A DNA stretch of 64,000 nt from an uncultured Myxococcales bacterium (GTDB taxonomy: Bacteria > Myxococcota_A > UBA9042 > DTJE01), in contig CAINDP010000063.1 in assembly GCA_903847405.1 (NCBI GenBank), positions 41,620-105,619 on the forward strand, read 5' to 3'. A model generated the notes under the pieces. That model saw nothing but the letters and a program-made list of their open reading frames with translations. It did not search any database and was not told the origin of the DNA. This document shows positions 1 through 11,600 of this stretch, in pieces. Made by a program: the position numbers and the translations under genes. How positions within the stretch are numbered: the stretch's first letter is position 1; each line of letters opens with the position of its first letter.

Positions 1-1269
1 GCCCTGGACCGGGCCCTGCGGCAGTCGGCGCTGATCGACGGGGCGAAGGCGGGCACCGAGGTCTTCGAGGCACGGCTGGACCAGGCAAAATCCGGCCAGT
101 ATCCGATGATCACGGTGGAATCGCTGTTCACCCCGATGCCGGCGAAGACCGGCGGCCGGACCAGCGGGCACACCGACTACAGCCGGTGGGGCGTGTTCCT
201 GTACACGCAACTGTCGGGGTCGGTGCCCCTCTATGGTTTCAGCAAGATCCAGCACCTGAAGACCGCAGCCAGCCTAGGCGTGTCGGTCGGAAGGGCCCAG
301 GAGGACATCGCCCGCGCGGAAGTCCGCTTCCGGGTCCTGAAGGGGTGGTTCGCGCTGTCCTTCGCCCGCGACATGCAGTCCATCGTGCACGAGGGCCGCG
401 CCTACTTCGACCGTGCGAAGCGGCACGTCGCGAAGTGCAAGGCGGCCGACGACCCGTCCTTCGACCCCATCGACGAAATGAAGATCCGGGTGTACGAGGC
501 GCAGATGCGGGCGCGGGAACTGGAGGCTGCCCGACTGCTGACGCTGGCGCTGGGCAGCCTGCGCTGGGCGCTGGGCGAGGATCCCGGGACCGGGCCCGAC
601 ATCGCCCGGGAGCCCCTGGGACTGCTGACGCCATCGCGGGAAGTCACCCTGGGCGAAGCGATCGAGACCGCCGTGATCCACCGCCCGGAACTGGTGGCGT
701 TGCGGCGCGGCCTGGCCGCCGGGGGCGCAGAGGCCAAGGCACGCTACTGGGCGATGTACCCGGACTTCGTCCTGGCGGGAAAGTTCAACTACGCCTACTC
801 CAACGTGGCCGACACCGGTTCGAACCCCTTCGCGGGAAACCCCTTCAACGGGTGGAACGCCAGCGGGGGCCTGGCCCTGCGGTGGGATCTGGACCTGGGT
901 CGGAAGCTGGGCGAGTGGCGCGAGGCCCAGGCGGCCCGTCACAGACTGGAGGCCGGCCTGGCGGAAGCGGAACGGGGCGTCCGCCTGGAAGTGGAATCCC
1001 TGCATCGCGAGATGGCCGATGCGCGGACCATGGCCGACTCCCAGGGGCAAGCCCTGAAGGCGGCCCGGGACTGGGTCGAGGACAAGCTGGACAAGTACGA
1101 ACACGACCAGGCTTCGCTGCGGGACGCCCTCGACGGACTGCTTCCCTACCTCCTGGCCCGGCTGGAAGCGCAGAAGGCGCTGTACGACTTCGACGTGGCG
1201 GCTGCCGCACTGGAACGCGCCTCCGGCATGGACCTGGTCCCCCTGGCGGGCGCGCAGCGCGCACCGTGA
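1..1269 (+). CDS. TolC-family outer membrane efflux protein, C-terminal ~420 aa (5' end lies upstream of the window)
   Basis: Frame 1 is open from nt 1 (ALDRALRQSALIDGAKAG...), so the listed ORF at 106 is an internal Met. Coiled-coil-rich, Ala/Arg/Leu-rich repeated halves typical of TolC/OprM outer membrane factors. High GC3 coding signal. Confidence 0.55.
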   Translation, partial: ALDRALRQSALIDGAKAGTEVFEARLDQAKSGQYPMITVESLFTPMPAKTGGRTSGHTDYSRWGVFLYTQLSGSVPLYGFSKIQHLKTAASLGVSVGRAQEDIARAEVRFRVLKGWFALSFARDMQSIVHEGRAYFDRAKRHVAKCKAADDPSFDPIDEMKIRVYEAQMRARELEAARLLTLALGSLRWALGEDPGTGPDIAREPLGLLTPSREVTLGEAIETAVIHRPELVALRRGLAAGGAEAKARYWAMYPDFVLAGKFNYAYSNVADTGSNPFAGNPFNGWNASGGLALRWDLDLGRKLGEWREAQAARHRLEAGLAEAERGVRLEVESLHREMADARTMADSQGQALKAARDWVEDKLDKYEHDQASLRDALDGLLPYLLARLEAQKALYDFDVAAAALERASGMDLVPLAGAQRAP

Positions 1270-1325
1270 GGCCAAGAGCCACGCCCTGAACCCATCCCGG
1301 AAATCGATGCGGAAAACCGGAGTGC

Positions 1326-2714
1326 CTACTCGGCGGAGAGGAAGACCACTTCGTCGCCGAACTGGGCCCCGGCGGCCTGCGTCATGAACTGCGCGGACCC
1401 GGGGCTGTGGCGAAGGTAACGGTTGAACGTGGCAATCGAGTACAGGTTGATCGCCTTGTTGGCCTCCTTGTAGTCCCAGTTTTCCACGCCGCAGCCGTCC
1501 GTCAGGGCGTTCTTGGCGTCCTCGTACCCCAGTTTGTCGGCCACTTCCAGGAGGTTCAGCCGGCAGATGTCCGAGAACGTGAAGTGCCCGCCGCGCTTGA
1601 TGTCCAGGAACCACTTCGGTCCGCCCAGGTCGTCCCATGGCGTCTTGAAGGCCTGCTGGTACTCGAGGGTGTTGTCCATTTCGCCGCCCATGATCGTGGT
1701 CGGCAGGTGCCAGTCCGGACCGTAGGCGCCCGTCGCACCGATCAGGTAGCCGGCCGGCGAGTGGGGCACGATCGCCTTGATCCGCGGGTCGAAGTCGGGG
1801 TAGCCGTTCGCGTCGGGGTGGAACGCGGTCGCGAAGCACGTGTACCCGCCGAACGAGTGGCCGGTGATGCCGACGTTGTCCGTTTCGATCGTCTTGTAGA
1901 ACTCGCTGGTCGGATCCTTGTCCCACGTCGTCATCTGGTCCATCAGGTACAGGATGTCCAGAGGCCGCGCCCAGGCCGATTCCCCAAGATGATCGCTGTT
2001 GTAGCCGTTCTGGATCAGGTCGTACAGGGTGTTCTTTTCATGGTCGGGCGCCACCACGACGTAGCCGTGGGACGCCAGCGCGACCGTGTAGAAGATGCTC
2101 TGGTACCGGATCCCGAAGGCCCCGTGCGAGAACATGACCAGGGGGTACCGGCCGTCGCCGTGGCGCACCGGCGCATCCTTGACCGCGGGGACCGCGAACC
2201 CCCCGACGTCCACGTCGCCGATCATTCCCAGCACGTTTTCGTATCCCGGGGCCAGCGCCACGTCCGCCTTGATGTCGTAGGCGAAGGTCGGGTGGCTGTC
2301 GTAGAACTCCTTCGTCGTGGGGTACCAGATCTCGGTGACCAACGTCCGCGGCGTGCCGTCGAAGTTCGTCTGGTTCGGGTCCACGAACACCACGCGGCGC
2401 ACGCCCACCGGGAACGGGCCCGGCGTCATCGGGTCCGGCGCGTAGTCAGGACCGGCCGCGCAGAAGGTGCCGACGCAGTTGGGCGTCGCGCTGGCATCCC
2501 ATTCGAATCCGGCCGGAGGCGTGTCCGCATCGGCCGTCACGGGGACGTCCGCGATGGGCACGTCCGCCTGGAAGCCGTCATCCGCGGCCGGAACGTCCTG
2601 GACCGGGACGTCCGCCACCACGGCATCGGCATCGACCGTCGTCCCGCCGGACGACCCGCAGGCGACCATCCCCAGCAGGCACAGCACCGCGCTACCGGCG
2701 ATCACGATCCTCAT
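1326..2714 (-). CDS. secreted lipoprotein, alpha/beta-hydrolase lipase (PAF-acetylhydrolase-like)
   Basis: Start chosen at the internal ATG at 2714 (MRIVIAGSAVLCLLGMVAC lipobox), with GGGAGG 6 nt upstream. GHSFGG nucleophile-elbow motif (GxSxG). The 561-aa ORF call extends through an Arg/Gly-rich non-coding-looking N-terminus. Confidence 0.65.
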   Translation of the reverse strand: MRIVIAGSAVLCLLGMVACGSSGGTTVDADAVVADVPVQDVPAADDGFQADVPIADVPVTADADTPPAGFEWDASATPNCVGTFCAAGPDYAPDPMTPGPFPVGVRRVVFVDPNQTNFDGTPRTLVTEIWYPTTKEFYDSHPTFAYDIKADVALAPGYENVLGMIGDVDVGGFAVPAVKDAPVRHGDGRYPLVMFSHGAFGIRYQSIFYTVALASHGYVVVAPDHEKNTLYDLIQNGYNSDHLGESAWARPLDILYLMDQMTTWDKDPTSEFYKTIETDNVGITGHSFGGYTCFATAFHPDANGYPDFDPRIKAIVPHSPAGYLIGATGAYGPDWHLPTTIMGGEMDNTLEYQQAFKTPWDDLGGPKWFLDIKRGGHFTFSDICRLNLLEVADKLGYEDAKNALTDGCGVENWDYKEANKAINLYSIATFNRYLRHSPGSAQFMTQAAGAQFGDEVVFLSAE

Positions 2715-2854
2715 TCCAGCCTCCCGTTCCACGTTCCCGATTGTCCAGGTGCACCAGCGGACCCCGACCAGGGCCCTTTCCAGCGCCCGAGTCTGCACCG
2801 ATCCGTCGCTTCCGGTCAATGGGAGTTCGAAGGGAAATGGCGGGGAGAGCGTGC

Positions 2855-3127
2855 CTACTTTGCCGGCTTCATCTGGCCCTTGTGGCAGTCGGCGCAGGCG
2901 GTCTTGCCCGCAAAGGCGCCCTTGCCTTCCTTCATCTTGTCGGCCATTTCCTTGGAGACCTTGTAGTCCTTGTTGGCCGGGTTCGGCGCCTTCTTGTCTT
3001 CCAGGTGGCACGTGGCGCAGTTCTCGGCGCCCAGGTCCTTCTTGTAGGCGGGCCGCGCGAACGCCATGCCCGACACGAACCCCAGGACCAGAACCATCGC
3101 ACCCACGAACGTCACGAACTTCTTCAT
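2855..3127 (-). CDS. small secreted diheme cytochrome c (90 aa)
   Basis: ATG at 3127 preceded by a GGAGAGG RBS. Signal peptide MKKFVTFVGAMVLVLGFVSGMAFA. Two CxxCH motifs (CATCH, CADCH). The rest of the 199-aa ORF call is Arg-rich junk. Confidence 0.6.
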   Translation of the reverse strand: MKKFVTFVGAMVLVLGFVSGMAFARPAYKKDLGAENCATCHLEDKKAPNPANKDYKVSKEMADKMKEGKGAFAGKTACADCHKGQMKPAK

Positions 3128-3275
3128 CCGAGCCTCTCCGGCAGAATGGGGGTCGCGGGACCCCCGTCCCGCGCAGTACTTGGACGTAGAATATCCAAAT
3201 TCATTCAGAACACCACGGCGGCATCGGGAAACCCAGGCGGCATGCGCCCGATCCCGTCGAACAGTCCCCCCCGTG

Positions 3276-6200
3276 TCACCCCGGCGTGTCGCTCTTCCCG
3301 ACCCGATCGGACATGAGGACGGCGGCTTCCAGGGCCGGCAGGACGGCTTCCACGTTGCGCAGTTTCGCCGGGTCGAAGATCCCGGGGGTGGAGCGGTTCG
3401 CCAGGTACAGGAACAGGTCGGGCACGACGCCCCGTGCGACCGGGAAGGCCGCACTGGACCCGCGGACGAACCCCTGGGTCACGTCGCTGAAGTCCTCGAC
3501 GACCGTCGTCATGCGTTCGGCCGCGGTGCGGCACAGGGCCGACGCCTGCTCCATCGCGTGGTCCAGCCGGCGGGGATCCTCCGGGAAGACCGCCACAGGC
3601 ACCGGCTGCTGGGTCCCCCCGAGGTAGCGCAGCAGGATGGCGACGTCCGCGCCCGCGAACCGCGCAACCGGGACCAGCAGGGGGGACAGGCCGGATGCCC
3701 CGCGGGCGAGGGCCCCCATGGCCGCATGGGTCGCCTCGAACAACTCGATGGTTCCCTTGGGGAGAAGGCTGTGCGTTCCGACCCGGGGCGCGGGACGGGA
3801 CTCGGCAAGGGAATCCGCGGGCAGGCGCAACGCCGAGGACAGGGCGGACGCGATCCGCTGGGATTCGGTGGCCCCGGCCACCGGCTCGTCCAGTTCGGCC
3901 GCCAGGCGCCGCTTGAACGGCAGGCAGTTGTCGCAAGTTGAAACGCGCCCCCAGGCCTCGCGCAGCAGTTCGCGCCCCCGGATGGACGAAGGTCCGCCTT
4001 CCAGGCTGGCCGCCAGGTGCAGGACTTCCGCCGCGATGACCGTGCCCTGGGGCAGCGACCGGGCGGCCCGCAAGAAGCCGTCCAGCCGGTTGCGCGCGGC
4101 AGGCTGGCGCCCCTGGATCAGGTCCAGGCGGACCTCGCACAACGCCAGGTGCAGACGGTACACGGGGAACGGCCGCACGATCCCCTTGCCCCGGGCAAGG
4201 ATGTCCCGCAGCGCGGCGACCGCGGCCGGACTGGCGCCTGCGTCCAGCGCCGCCGCCGAGGCCGCCTTCGCCGCGATCGACGTCGCGACCGCGCAATGGC
4301 GCCGGGCCCCGGCACCGGACTTCATCACGTCGATGAAGACCTCCGCAGCCCGGATGGCGCGGTCCGGATCCCGGGCGTCCACGGCCACCTGGACGTCCAG
4401 CCCCCGGAGGTAGCCCAGGAGGACGCGGTCCTGCTGGACGAAGGGATGATCCAGCCCCAGGTCCACGATGCTGCGGGCCAGGTCGGGCCGGCCGATCGCC
4501 AGGGCGACCCAGACGCCGCGGTTCAGGGACCAGCCCGTCGAGAAGTCGCGCGACTTGCCGGTGACCAGGAAGTCGGTGAACGCCAGGACGATGGGCAGCC
4601 CTTCCGAAGGGCGACCCCGCTCCTGCACCACGTCGAAGCAATAGGACGCGAACAGGGCGTGGGCCCAGTTCTCGCCGACCCGGGTGACCATCCCCTCGAC
4701 CTCGGCGCGTTCGGCATCGAAACGGTCGAATTCCCCCATCGCGCCGTAGATCATCAGGCGCGTCGCCCGGGCCAGGGCGAGGGAGTAGGTGTCCCCGGCA
4801 GCCTCGGCGGTGCGGACCGACAGGTCCAGCATCCGGCGGGACATCGTCACCCAGCCCATGGCGCTGCCCAGTTGCCCGCCGACCTGCGAAAGGATGCGCA
4901 CGTAGGCGGGCAGGTCCCCGGAACGCCGCGCCTCGTGCAGGGAATCCAGCAGGGATCCGCCGGCCGCGGCGCCTTCCATGAAGAAGCGCGCGCGGGCTTC
5001 GTGGTTCAGGACGTCCGCCAGGAGGCTGCGCCGCGGGTCCGGGGCCTGGGGAGCCTTGCCGGAGCGGGGATGGCGCGTTTCCAGCCAGACCTCCCGGAAC
5101 AGGCGCCAGGCGTTGCGAACGGCCACCCGCGGCCCCCACTTCACGCGGCGATACCCCAGCAGTTCGCTGGCCCGGGAATGGATTTCCACCGATTCCCGCA
5201 GGCGCCCCATCGCGAACAGCGAGTCCGCCAGTTCCTTCATCGCCATCGCGTGGACGTTGGCCGGGGGCTTCCCGGCGAGGATCTCCTGGTGGATCCGGGC
5301 GGCCTGGTCGGGCTGGCGGGCCAGGGCATAGGCGGAGGCCAGCAGCAGTTTCAGCCGGACCACGACCTCGTCGTCCGACGGACGATCCGCAAGGCGCGCC
5401 AGCGCCGCGCTGGCCAGGCGCACGGCGCCCGTGGCGGCATGGCCCTGCAGGGCCCGGGCGGCGGCGGCTTCCAGCGCCGGGACGTCCGCCTCCCGCAGGT
5501 CGGCGTGGACCAGGTGGTCCGCGCGCCGCTGCTCGCGATCCTCGACATCGATCGCGGTGCCTTCCAGCAGAACGGCCAGGCGGCGGTGCAGGACCCGGCG
5601 CTCCTCCTCGGGGATCCCGGCCAGCAGCGCCTCCCGCAGGGTATCGTGGGCGAAATCCCGGAAGCCCGGCTGGTCGCGGCGCACCCAGCGGAGCAGTTCG
5701 GCCCGGTCCGCCTCGACGACGGTGTCGATGACCGCGGAACGGGGCTGGTCCGGCAGCAGCGAGGTCAACAGCACGAGGTCGAACGGGCCGCCCCAGACCG
5801 CGGCCGATCCCAGGATCTTCCGCGTCGTGGGCGCCAGGGTCTGGAGCCGGCCGCGCATGCGGCTGACGACGTTGTCCGCCGGGGGCAGGTCGGCCAGGCG
5901 GTCCTCGTTCACGACCCACGCGTTCCCGGTCCAGACGACCGCACCGGCGCGCTCGGCTTCCTCGAGCAGTTCGCGAAGGCCTGCGGGGTTCCCGTCGGTC
6001 AACCGCTGCAGCACCTTCGCCAGGGTTTCCAGCCCGGGAATCGCGCCCAGCCGCTCCGAAACGAACACGGTCACCGCATCCCTGCCCAGGGGCGCCAGGT
6101 CCACCGTCACGGCGCCGGCGGACGCCAGGCGTTCCAGGCTGCGGGAATCGGGGTCGTCCTCGGACGACGCGCGGGCGCAGCAGATCACCAGCAGCGGGTG

Positions 6201-8600
6201 GCGGTGACAGTTGGAGGCCAGCAGTTCGATCGCCTGCCAGGTACCCGTGTCCATCCACTGCAGGTCGTCCAGGACCAGGCAGACCGGGGCGTCGCGGGTG
6301 CCCGTGGCCAGGATCGCCTGGCACAGGGTCGCCAGCAGGCGGTCCCGGGACTCGGCGCCGTCCAGCCGGGGCGCGGCGGCCGCGTCCGCGAACAGCCGCT
6401 CCAGCCACGGCGCGAAGCCCCGCACCAGGGCGCCCAGTTCGCCGACGGCCGCCAGGATGCGTTCGCGGGTCGCCGCGCGTCGATCCGGATCCAGCCGATC
6501 GATGGCCACGCCCAGGGCGCCGAGGGCCTCCCGGGCCACGGCGAAGGGAGTGGACGTGTCGCCATCCCGTGCCTTTGCACGGACGACCAGGCCGCCCCGT
6601 CGCCGCACTTCGAACGACACTTCGTCCGCCAGGCGCGACTTGCCGATGCCCGGGGCACCCCGCAGGATGACCGTCGATCCGGCCCCTTCCTCGGCCAACC
6701 GCGTGACCAGGGCCATCAACTGCCGGCGCTCGGGATCCCGTCCGTGCATCTGGCCTTCGGCCCCCAGGCGGCGGAAGACCTCGGGCCGGCCGGTGGCGGG
6801 CTCGGTGCCGGACAGCACGCCCTCCAGGGCCTCCCGCAGCGCCGCCACCGACCGGAAGCGGTCGATGGGCCGCGGCCGCAACAGGCGCACGACCACGTCG
6901 TCCAGGGCGGGGGGGATCTCGGGCACGATCATCGACGGAGGCGCAACGACCGACGTCAGTTTCCGGTAGGTGGCGTCCAGTTCCTGCCGGGACTCGAAGG
7001 GCTGGCAGTCGGTCAGCATGCGATACAGGACGGCCCCGACCGCGTACAGATCGGCTTCCGGCCCGATGGGCTCGGTCAGCGCACCCAGTTGTTCGGGCGC
7101 CTTGTACAGCCGGGCGGCCGAAAGATCCTCGTCCAGGAACAGCGGCAGGCCCGCGTCCACCAGCGTCCACATCCCCGCGCCTTCCAGGACGAACGCGTCG
7201 TTCCGGGAGATCCAGATCGTCCCCGGCCGCACGTCCTGGTGGATGATCCCCAGCCCGTGCAGCGCCTCGATGGTCGGCAGCAGGCCCTGGATCATCCGGA
7301 TCGCCGTCGCGAAGGACATCCGCCCGGTCCGCGCGAGGCGCTGGTCCAGGGACATGGCCGGGGGAGGATCCGTGACCAGGAACAGCGCGCCACCCTCGAT
7401 GGCCGCGTTCCGAAGGGCCACGATTCCGGGATGCCGGAAGCGGGCCAGCACCGACAGGTGGCCCTCGACCAGGATTTCCGCCAGGCCCCCCTGGTGTTCG
7501 TCGCCGACCGGCACGCGCCGCAGGATGACCGTCGACCCCTCCGGGGACCGCAGGTCCACCGCGCGGACCGTTTCACAGGGATCGGCCGCCTCGACCTGCT
7601 CGACCTGGTAGCGTTCGGCCACGATGTGCCCGCGCCGCCAGGCGATGCCCACGCGCTGGGTCCGGGCGGCGGTGCCGTACGTCGGAGTCGCGGCACCGGG
7701 CCGCTGCACCGGTGCGCCGTCGCGGACCGTGACCAGCCGCGCCGCGCTTTCGACCTCCCCGACCAGCGCCGCACGGACCACCGCGGCCGAGGTCGGCCGA
7801 TCCTCCGGACGCCGGGCCAGGCACTGCATCACGATGCGTTCGATCGCTTCCGGGATCGGCTGCCGGGCCCGCAGCGACAGGGACGGCGCGTCCTTCTGGC
7901 TGCGTTCCATCAGCATCACGGAGGCGCTGGCGACGTCGAACGGCAGGGCGCCGGCCAGCATGTGGAACAGGACCGTCCCCAGGGCGTACAGGTCGGCCGC
8001 CGGCCCGACCGCCTGCCCCGTGGCCTGCTCGGGGGCCATGTAGGCCGGGGTTCCGACGATGTGCCCGTCCTGCGTGAGGTGGCTATCCGCGTCGAACACA
8101 CTGGCGATCCCGAAGTCGAGGATCTTGACCAGGGGCCCGAAACCCTCCGCCTGGCACAGCATGGCGTTCACGGGCTTCAGATCCCGGTGGACCACGCCCC
8201 GGGCGTGGGCGGCTTCCAGGCCCGAGCACAACTGCGCCGCGATGGGCAGGGCACGCTCCAGCGGCAGGGCGCCGTGGGCCAGGAGGGCTTCCAGAGTCAC
8301 GCCATGGAGGTACTCCATGACCAGGTACAGCATCCCGTCCACGCTGCGGCCGAAATCATGGACCGTCACGACGTTGGGATGGTGAAGGCTGCTGACCGCC
8401 CGGGCTTCCTGCATGAACCGGCCCACGGCACGGGACTGGGACAGCAGGTCGGGCTGGATCACCTTGACGGCCACTTCCCGGTCCATGGCCAACTGGCGGG
8501 CCACGTAGACCGAACCCATGGCGCCTTCGCCCAGCAGACGCAGGATTTCGTACCGGCCGTCGATCGTCCGGCCGGTCAACTCCGCACCCGAAGTCTTCAT
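3276..8600 (-). CDS. giant multidomain Ser/Thr protein kinase: N-terminal Hanks-type kinase, second degenerate kinase-like (pseudokinase) domain, AAA_16/STAND P-loop NTPase, TPR-like helical region, C-terminal GAF-like domain
   Basis: Kinase motifs GEGAMGSVY, VAVKVI, HRDLKPVN, DFG and APE. Second domain has HQDVRPG / DAG in place of HRD / DFG. Walker A GAPGIGKSRL follows. Candidate starts are GTG 8615 and ATG 8600; the upstream histidine kinase stops at 8623, so the genes are 7-22 nt apart. Confidence 0.85.
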   Translation of the reverse strand: MKTSGAELTGRTIDGRYEILRLLGEGAMGSVYVARQLAMDREVAVKVIQPDLLSQSRAVGRFMQEARAVSSLHHPNVVTVHDFGRSVDGMLYLVMEYLHGVTLEALLAHGALPLERALPIAAQLCSGLEAAHARGVVHRDLKPVNAMLCQAEGFGPLVKILDFGIASVFDADSHLTQDGHIVGTPAYMAPEQATGQAVGPAADLYALGTVLFHMLAGALPFDVASASVMLMERSQKDAPSLSLRARQPIPEAIERIVMQCLARRPEDRPTSAAVVRAALVGEVESAARLVTVRDGAPVQRPGAATPTYGTAARTQRVGIAWRRGHIVAERYQVEQVEAADPCETVRAVDLRSPEGSTVILRRVPVGDEHQGGLAEILVEGHLSVLARFRHPGIVALRNAAIEGGALFLVTDPPPAMSLDQRLARTGRMSFATAIRMIQGLLPTIEALHGLGIIHQDVRPGTIWISRNDAFVLEGAGMWTLVDAGLPLFLDEDLSAARLYKAPEQLGALTEPIGPEADLYAVGAVLYRMLTDCQPFESRQELDATYRKLTSVVAPPSMIVPEIPPALDDVVVRLLRPRPIDRFRSVAALREALEGVLSGTEPATGRPEVFRRLGAEGQMHGRDPERRQLMALVTRLAEEGAGSTVILRGAPGIGKSRLADEVSFEVRRRGGLVVRAKARDGDTSTPFAVAREALGALGVAIDRLDPDRRAATRERILAAVGELGALVRGFAPWLERLFADAAAAPRLDGAESRDRLLATLCQAILATGTRDAPVCLVLDDLQWMDTGTWQAIELLASNCHRHPLLVICCARASSEDDPDSRSLERLASAGAVTVDLAPLGRDAVTVFVSERLGAIPGLETLAKVLQRLTDGNPAGLRELLEEAERAGAVVWTGNAWVVNEDRLADLPPADNVVSRMRGRLQTLAPTTRKILGSAAVWGGPFDLVLLTSLLPDQPRSAVIDTVVEADRAELLRWVRRDQPGFRDFAHDTLREALLAGIPEEERRVLHRRLAVLLEGTAIDVEDREQRRADHLVHADLREADVPALEAAAARALQGHAATGAVRLASAALARLADRPSDDEVVVRLKLLLASAYALARQPDQAARIHQEILAGKPPANVHAMAMKELADSLFAMGRLRESVEIHSRASELLGYRRVKWGPRVAVRNAWRLFREVWLETRHPRSGKAPQAPDPRRSLLADVLNHEARARFFMEGAAAGGSLLDSLHEARRSGDLPAYVRILSQVGGQLGSAMGWVTMSRRMLDLSVRTAEAAGDTYSLALARATRLMIYGAMGEFDRFDAERAEVEGMVTRVGENWAHALFASYCFDVVQERGRPSEGLPIVLAFTDFLVTGKSRDFSTGWSLNRGVWVALAIGRPDLARSIVDLGLDHPFVQQDRVLLGYLRGLDVQVAVDARDPDRAIRAAEVFIDVMKSGAGARRHCAVATSIAAKAASAAALDAGASPAAVAALRDILARGKGIVRPFPVYRLHLALCEVRLDLIQGRQPAARNRLDGFLRAARSLPQGTVIAAEVLHLAASLEGGPSSIRGRELLREAWGRVSTCDNCLPFKRRLAAELDEPVAGATESQRIASALSSALRLPADSLAESRPAPRVGTHSLLPKGTIELFEATHAAMGALARGASGLSPLLVPVARFAGADVAILLRYLGGTQQPVPVAVFPEDPRRLDHAMEQASALCRTAAERMTTVVEDFSDVTQGFVRGSSAAFPVARGVVPDLFLYLANRSTPGIFDPAKLRNVEAVLPALEAAVLMSDRVGKSDTPG

Positions 8601-8622
8601 GCGACGTGCCTGCACCGCCCGC

Positions 8623-11600
8623 TCAGGGGCTCGTCCGGTTCAACTGCAACCGTACCACGCCCGCCAGCGCCTCCGGCAGGAACGGCTTGGGAAGGAAGCT
8701 GGAACCCGTTTCGGCCAGGCCCAGGAACGCCGCATCGCCATCGGTGTACCCGGACGTGAACACCACGCGCATCGTGGGGCGCAGCGCCAGCAGGCGACGC
8801 GCCAGGTCGCGGCCGTTCATCCCCGGCATGACCACGTCCGTCAGCAGCAGGTCGATCGCATGGCCGAACCGGCCGGCGACATCCAGCGCCTCGAACCCGT
8901 CCCGCGCCTCCAGCACGCGGTAGCCGCGCTCGGTCAGCACGGCGACCGTGAAGCCTCGCACGGCGTCCTCGTCCTCGGCGACCAGGACCGTTTCCCCCCC
9001 GCCGGAGGCCACCTTGGGGGACTGCCGCGCCTGCAGGGGCTCGGCCTTCCCCTCGACCCGCGGCAGGTACACGCGGAACGTGCTCCCCCGCCCGATTTCC
9101 GAATCCACGACCACGCGCCCGCCGCTCTGCTGGACGATCCCGTACACGACCGCCAGCCCCAGCCCCGTCCCCTTGCCCGGCCCCTTCGTCGTGAAGAACG
9201 GCTCGAACACGTGGGAACAGGTTTCGGCGTCCATGCCGATCCCGGTGTCGACCACCGACATCATCACCCACCGACCCGCCGGAAGGTCCCCGTGGCCGTT
9301 TTCACCTTCCACACCGACTTCGATGTCGCTGGTCGTCAGGGCGATGACACCCCCGCCCGGCATCGCATCCCGTGCGTTGACCAGCAGGTTCATCACGACC
9401 TGCTCCAACTGGCCCTCGTCGGCGCGGACCACGCCCAGTTCCGGTGCCAGCGACTTGTGCAGCAGCACGTCCTCGCCCAGCAACCGGCGCAGCAGGCCGT
9501 CCATGCCCGACACCACGCGGTTCAGATCCAGCACGGCCGGCTGCAGGACCTGCCGCCGGCTGAACACCAGCAACTGCCCCGTCAAGGCCGCCGCACGGCG
9601 TCCCGCACTGAGGATTTCGTCCACCTTCGCCCGCAGGGGGCTTTCGCGATCCAGTTCGTCCAGCAGCAGTGCGCTGTATCCCGTGATCGCCGTCAGCAGG
9701 TTGTTGAAGTCGTGGGCGATCCCGCCCGCCAGGCGCCCGACGGCCTCCATCTTCTGGGCATGGCGCAGCCGCTGTTCCAGATCCCGTCGCTGCGTCACGT
9801 CCTCGACCATCCCGATGATCCGGGAACCCCGTCCGTCGGAGTCGCGAAGGATGCGCGCGTTTTCGGACAGCCACACCGCGCGCCCGTCCACCCGCGCCGA
9901 TTCGAACTCGAACCCGTGCACCGCGTCGCTGCCCTCGATGGCCCGCAGGAAATCCTCCCAACGGCCCGCGCCCCCGTGCAGCGTCATCCCGTTGAAGCCC
10001 GGGTCGGCGCCCATCGAGTTCTGGCCGTCATACCCCAGCATCCTCGCCAGGGCCGGGTTCGCGCTGAAGATCTCCCCGTCGACGGTGCACTGGTAGATTC
10101 CCTCGACCGCGGAATCGACGATCGATCGGTAGTTTTCCTCGGCCCGCTTGCGTTCGCTGATGTCCCGGACCACCACCTGGATCGCCGGTCGCCCCTTGAA
10201 CTTCGTCGGCCCCGCGGCGACCTCGACCTCGACCGAGGTCCCGTCCATCCGCAGGAAGCGCTCCTCGATGGGCGGAATCGTGATGCCGTCACGGTACATC
10301 GATTCGACCTGCTCGCGTGCCAGATCGCGCGACTCGGAGTGCACCACGTCCATGATCGGCCGGCCGATCAGATCCTCGGGGGTCCGGGCCCCGAACATCC
10401 CCAGGGCCGCGGGGTTCGCGAACACGATGCGCCCGTCCTGGTGGACCGCGATGCCGTATGGGGAAAGGTCCACCAGCAACCGGTAGCGCTCCTCGCTTTC
10501 CTCGATGATCCGCTCGGCGCGGCGGCGCTGGGTGTCGTCACGAACGATCGCGACGACATCGTCCTCCGCGATCGCGACCAGTCGCGCCTCGTAGTGATGC
10601 TCCCCGTCGGACATGTCCATGGGGTACTCGACCACGACGACCGATCGGGATTCCGCGGCCTGGCGGATCCCTCCCGCCAGCAGTTCGCCGATCGGCGGAG
10701 GCATGACCTCCAACACCGTGCGCCCCATGAAGTCGCTGGGCGACATCGCCAGCATCCCTTCCTGGCCGCCCATGTATTCCTTGAAACGCCCGTCCACGCC
10801 CAGGTGGAAGAAGAGGTCCGGAACGACGCGGAACACCGCTTCCAGCTTGGAGGCGGTCATGCGGCAGTCCTGCTCGCTGCGCGACCGGCCCTCGGCCTCG
10901 GCCAGCAACGATGCGCTCAGGCGCAGCACGTCGTCGCTGCTCTCGCGAACCCTCCGCCCCATCTCGGCGCGGGCTGTCGATGGGTCGTCCCCCGCCCGGG
11001 CCATGGCCGTCAGGTCGCTCAACATCATGACGACGCCCGAGGGCCCTTCGGATCCGTCCCCTCGCCGGCGCATCCGGATCTGCAGACGGCGCATGGACCC
11101 TCCGGCCATGACCTGCCGCTCGATGCTCGACTCCTCGACCCCGGCCCCCAGGAAGGCCTCGACCTCGGTGCCCATTTCCGGCAGCAGATCCTCGATCGTC
11201 AGCCGGACCCCGGGACGACGCCATCCGTAGACCGACGAACCGCACAGATCGGCCGCCGGCCGGTTGCCCAGCACGACCTGGCCCCGCCCGTCCAGCACGA
11301 AGACCGCGGCAGGAAGGCCGTCCACGAGGTTCTGGTACCGCTCGCGCTCGTCTGCTTCCTCCCGGGCGGCCGCCCGGTGCTTGGCGACCCGGGAGTCCTG
11401 ATCCAGATCCTCCCACGCCCGGCAGGCGACCATTTCCACGCCGTCCAGAACCGCCACCGCCCGCCGGACGCCTTCGGCCGTCAGGAGACCGGATTCCTGT
11501 GCGGCCCCACCCAGCACGTCACGAACCGCGTCGCGAGCCGCCTGCGCGCAGCCGACCAGGATTTCCAGCGGCACCCCGCGGGCCCGGTGGGCTCGCACCT

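Noticed and set aside
274-1926. 550-aa ORF on minus strand overlapping the TolC-like and lipase genes
   Set aside because: Arg/Pro/Gly-rich low-complexity translation typical of an antisense frame in 70% GC DNA. The opposite-strand genes have clear domain signatures.
3146-3163. Hairpin GGGGGTC-gcgg-GACCCCC between the Ser/Thr kinase stop and the cytochrome c start as an intrinsic terminator
   Set aside because: No following U-tract on the transcribed (minus) strand. It may instead be leader structure of the cytochrome gene. Insufficient evidence to call a terminator.
3205-8759. 1321-aa (minus) and 1580-aa (plus) ORFs overlapping the Ser/Thr kinase gene
   Set aside because: Alternative-frame artefacts: Arg/Gly/Pro-dominated with no motifs. 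The true frame contains complete kinase, P-loop and GAF signatures.
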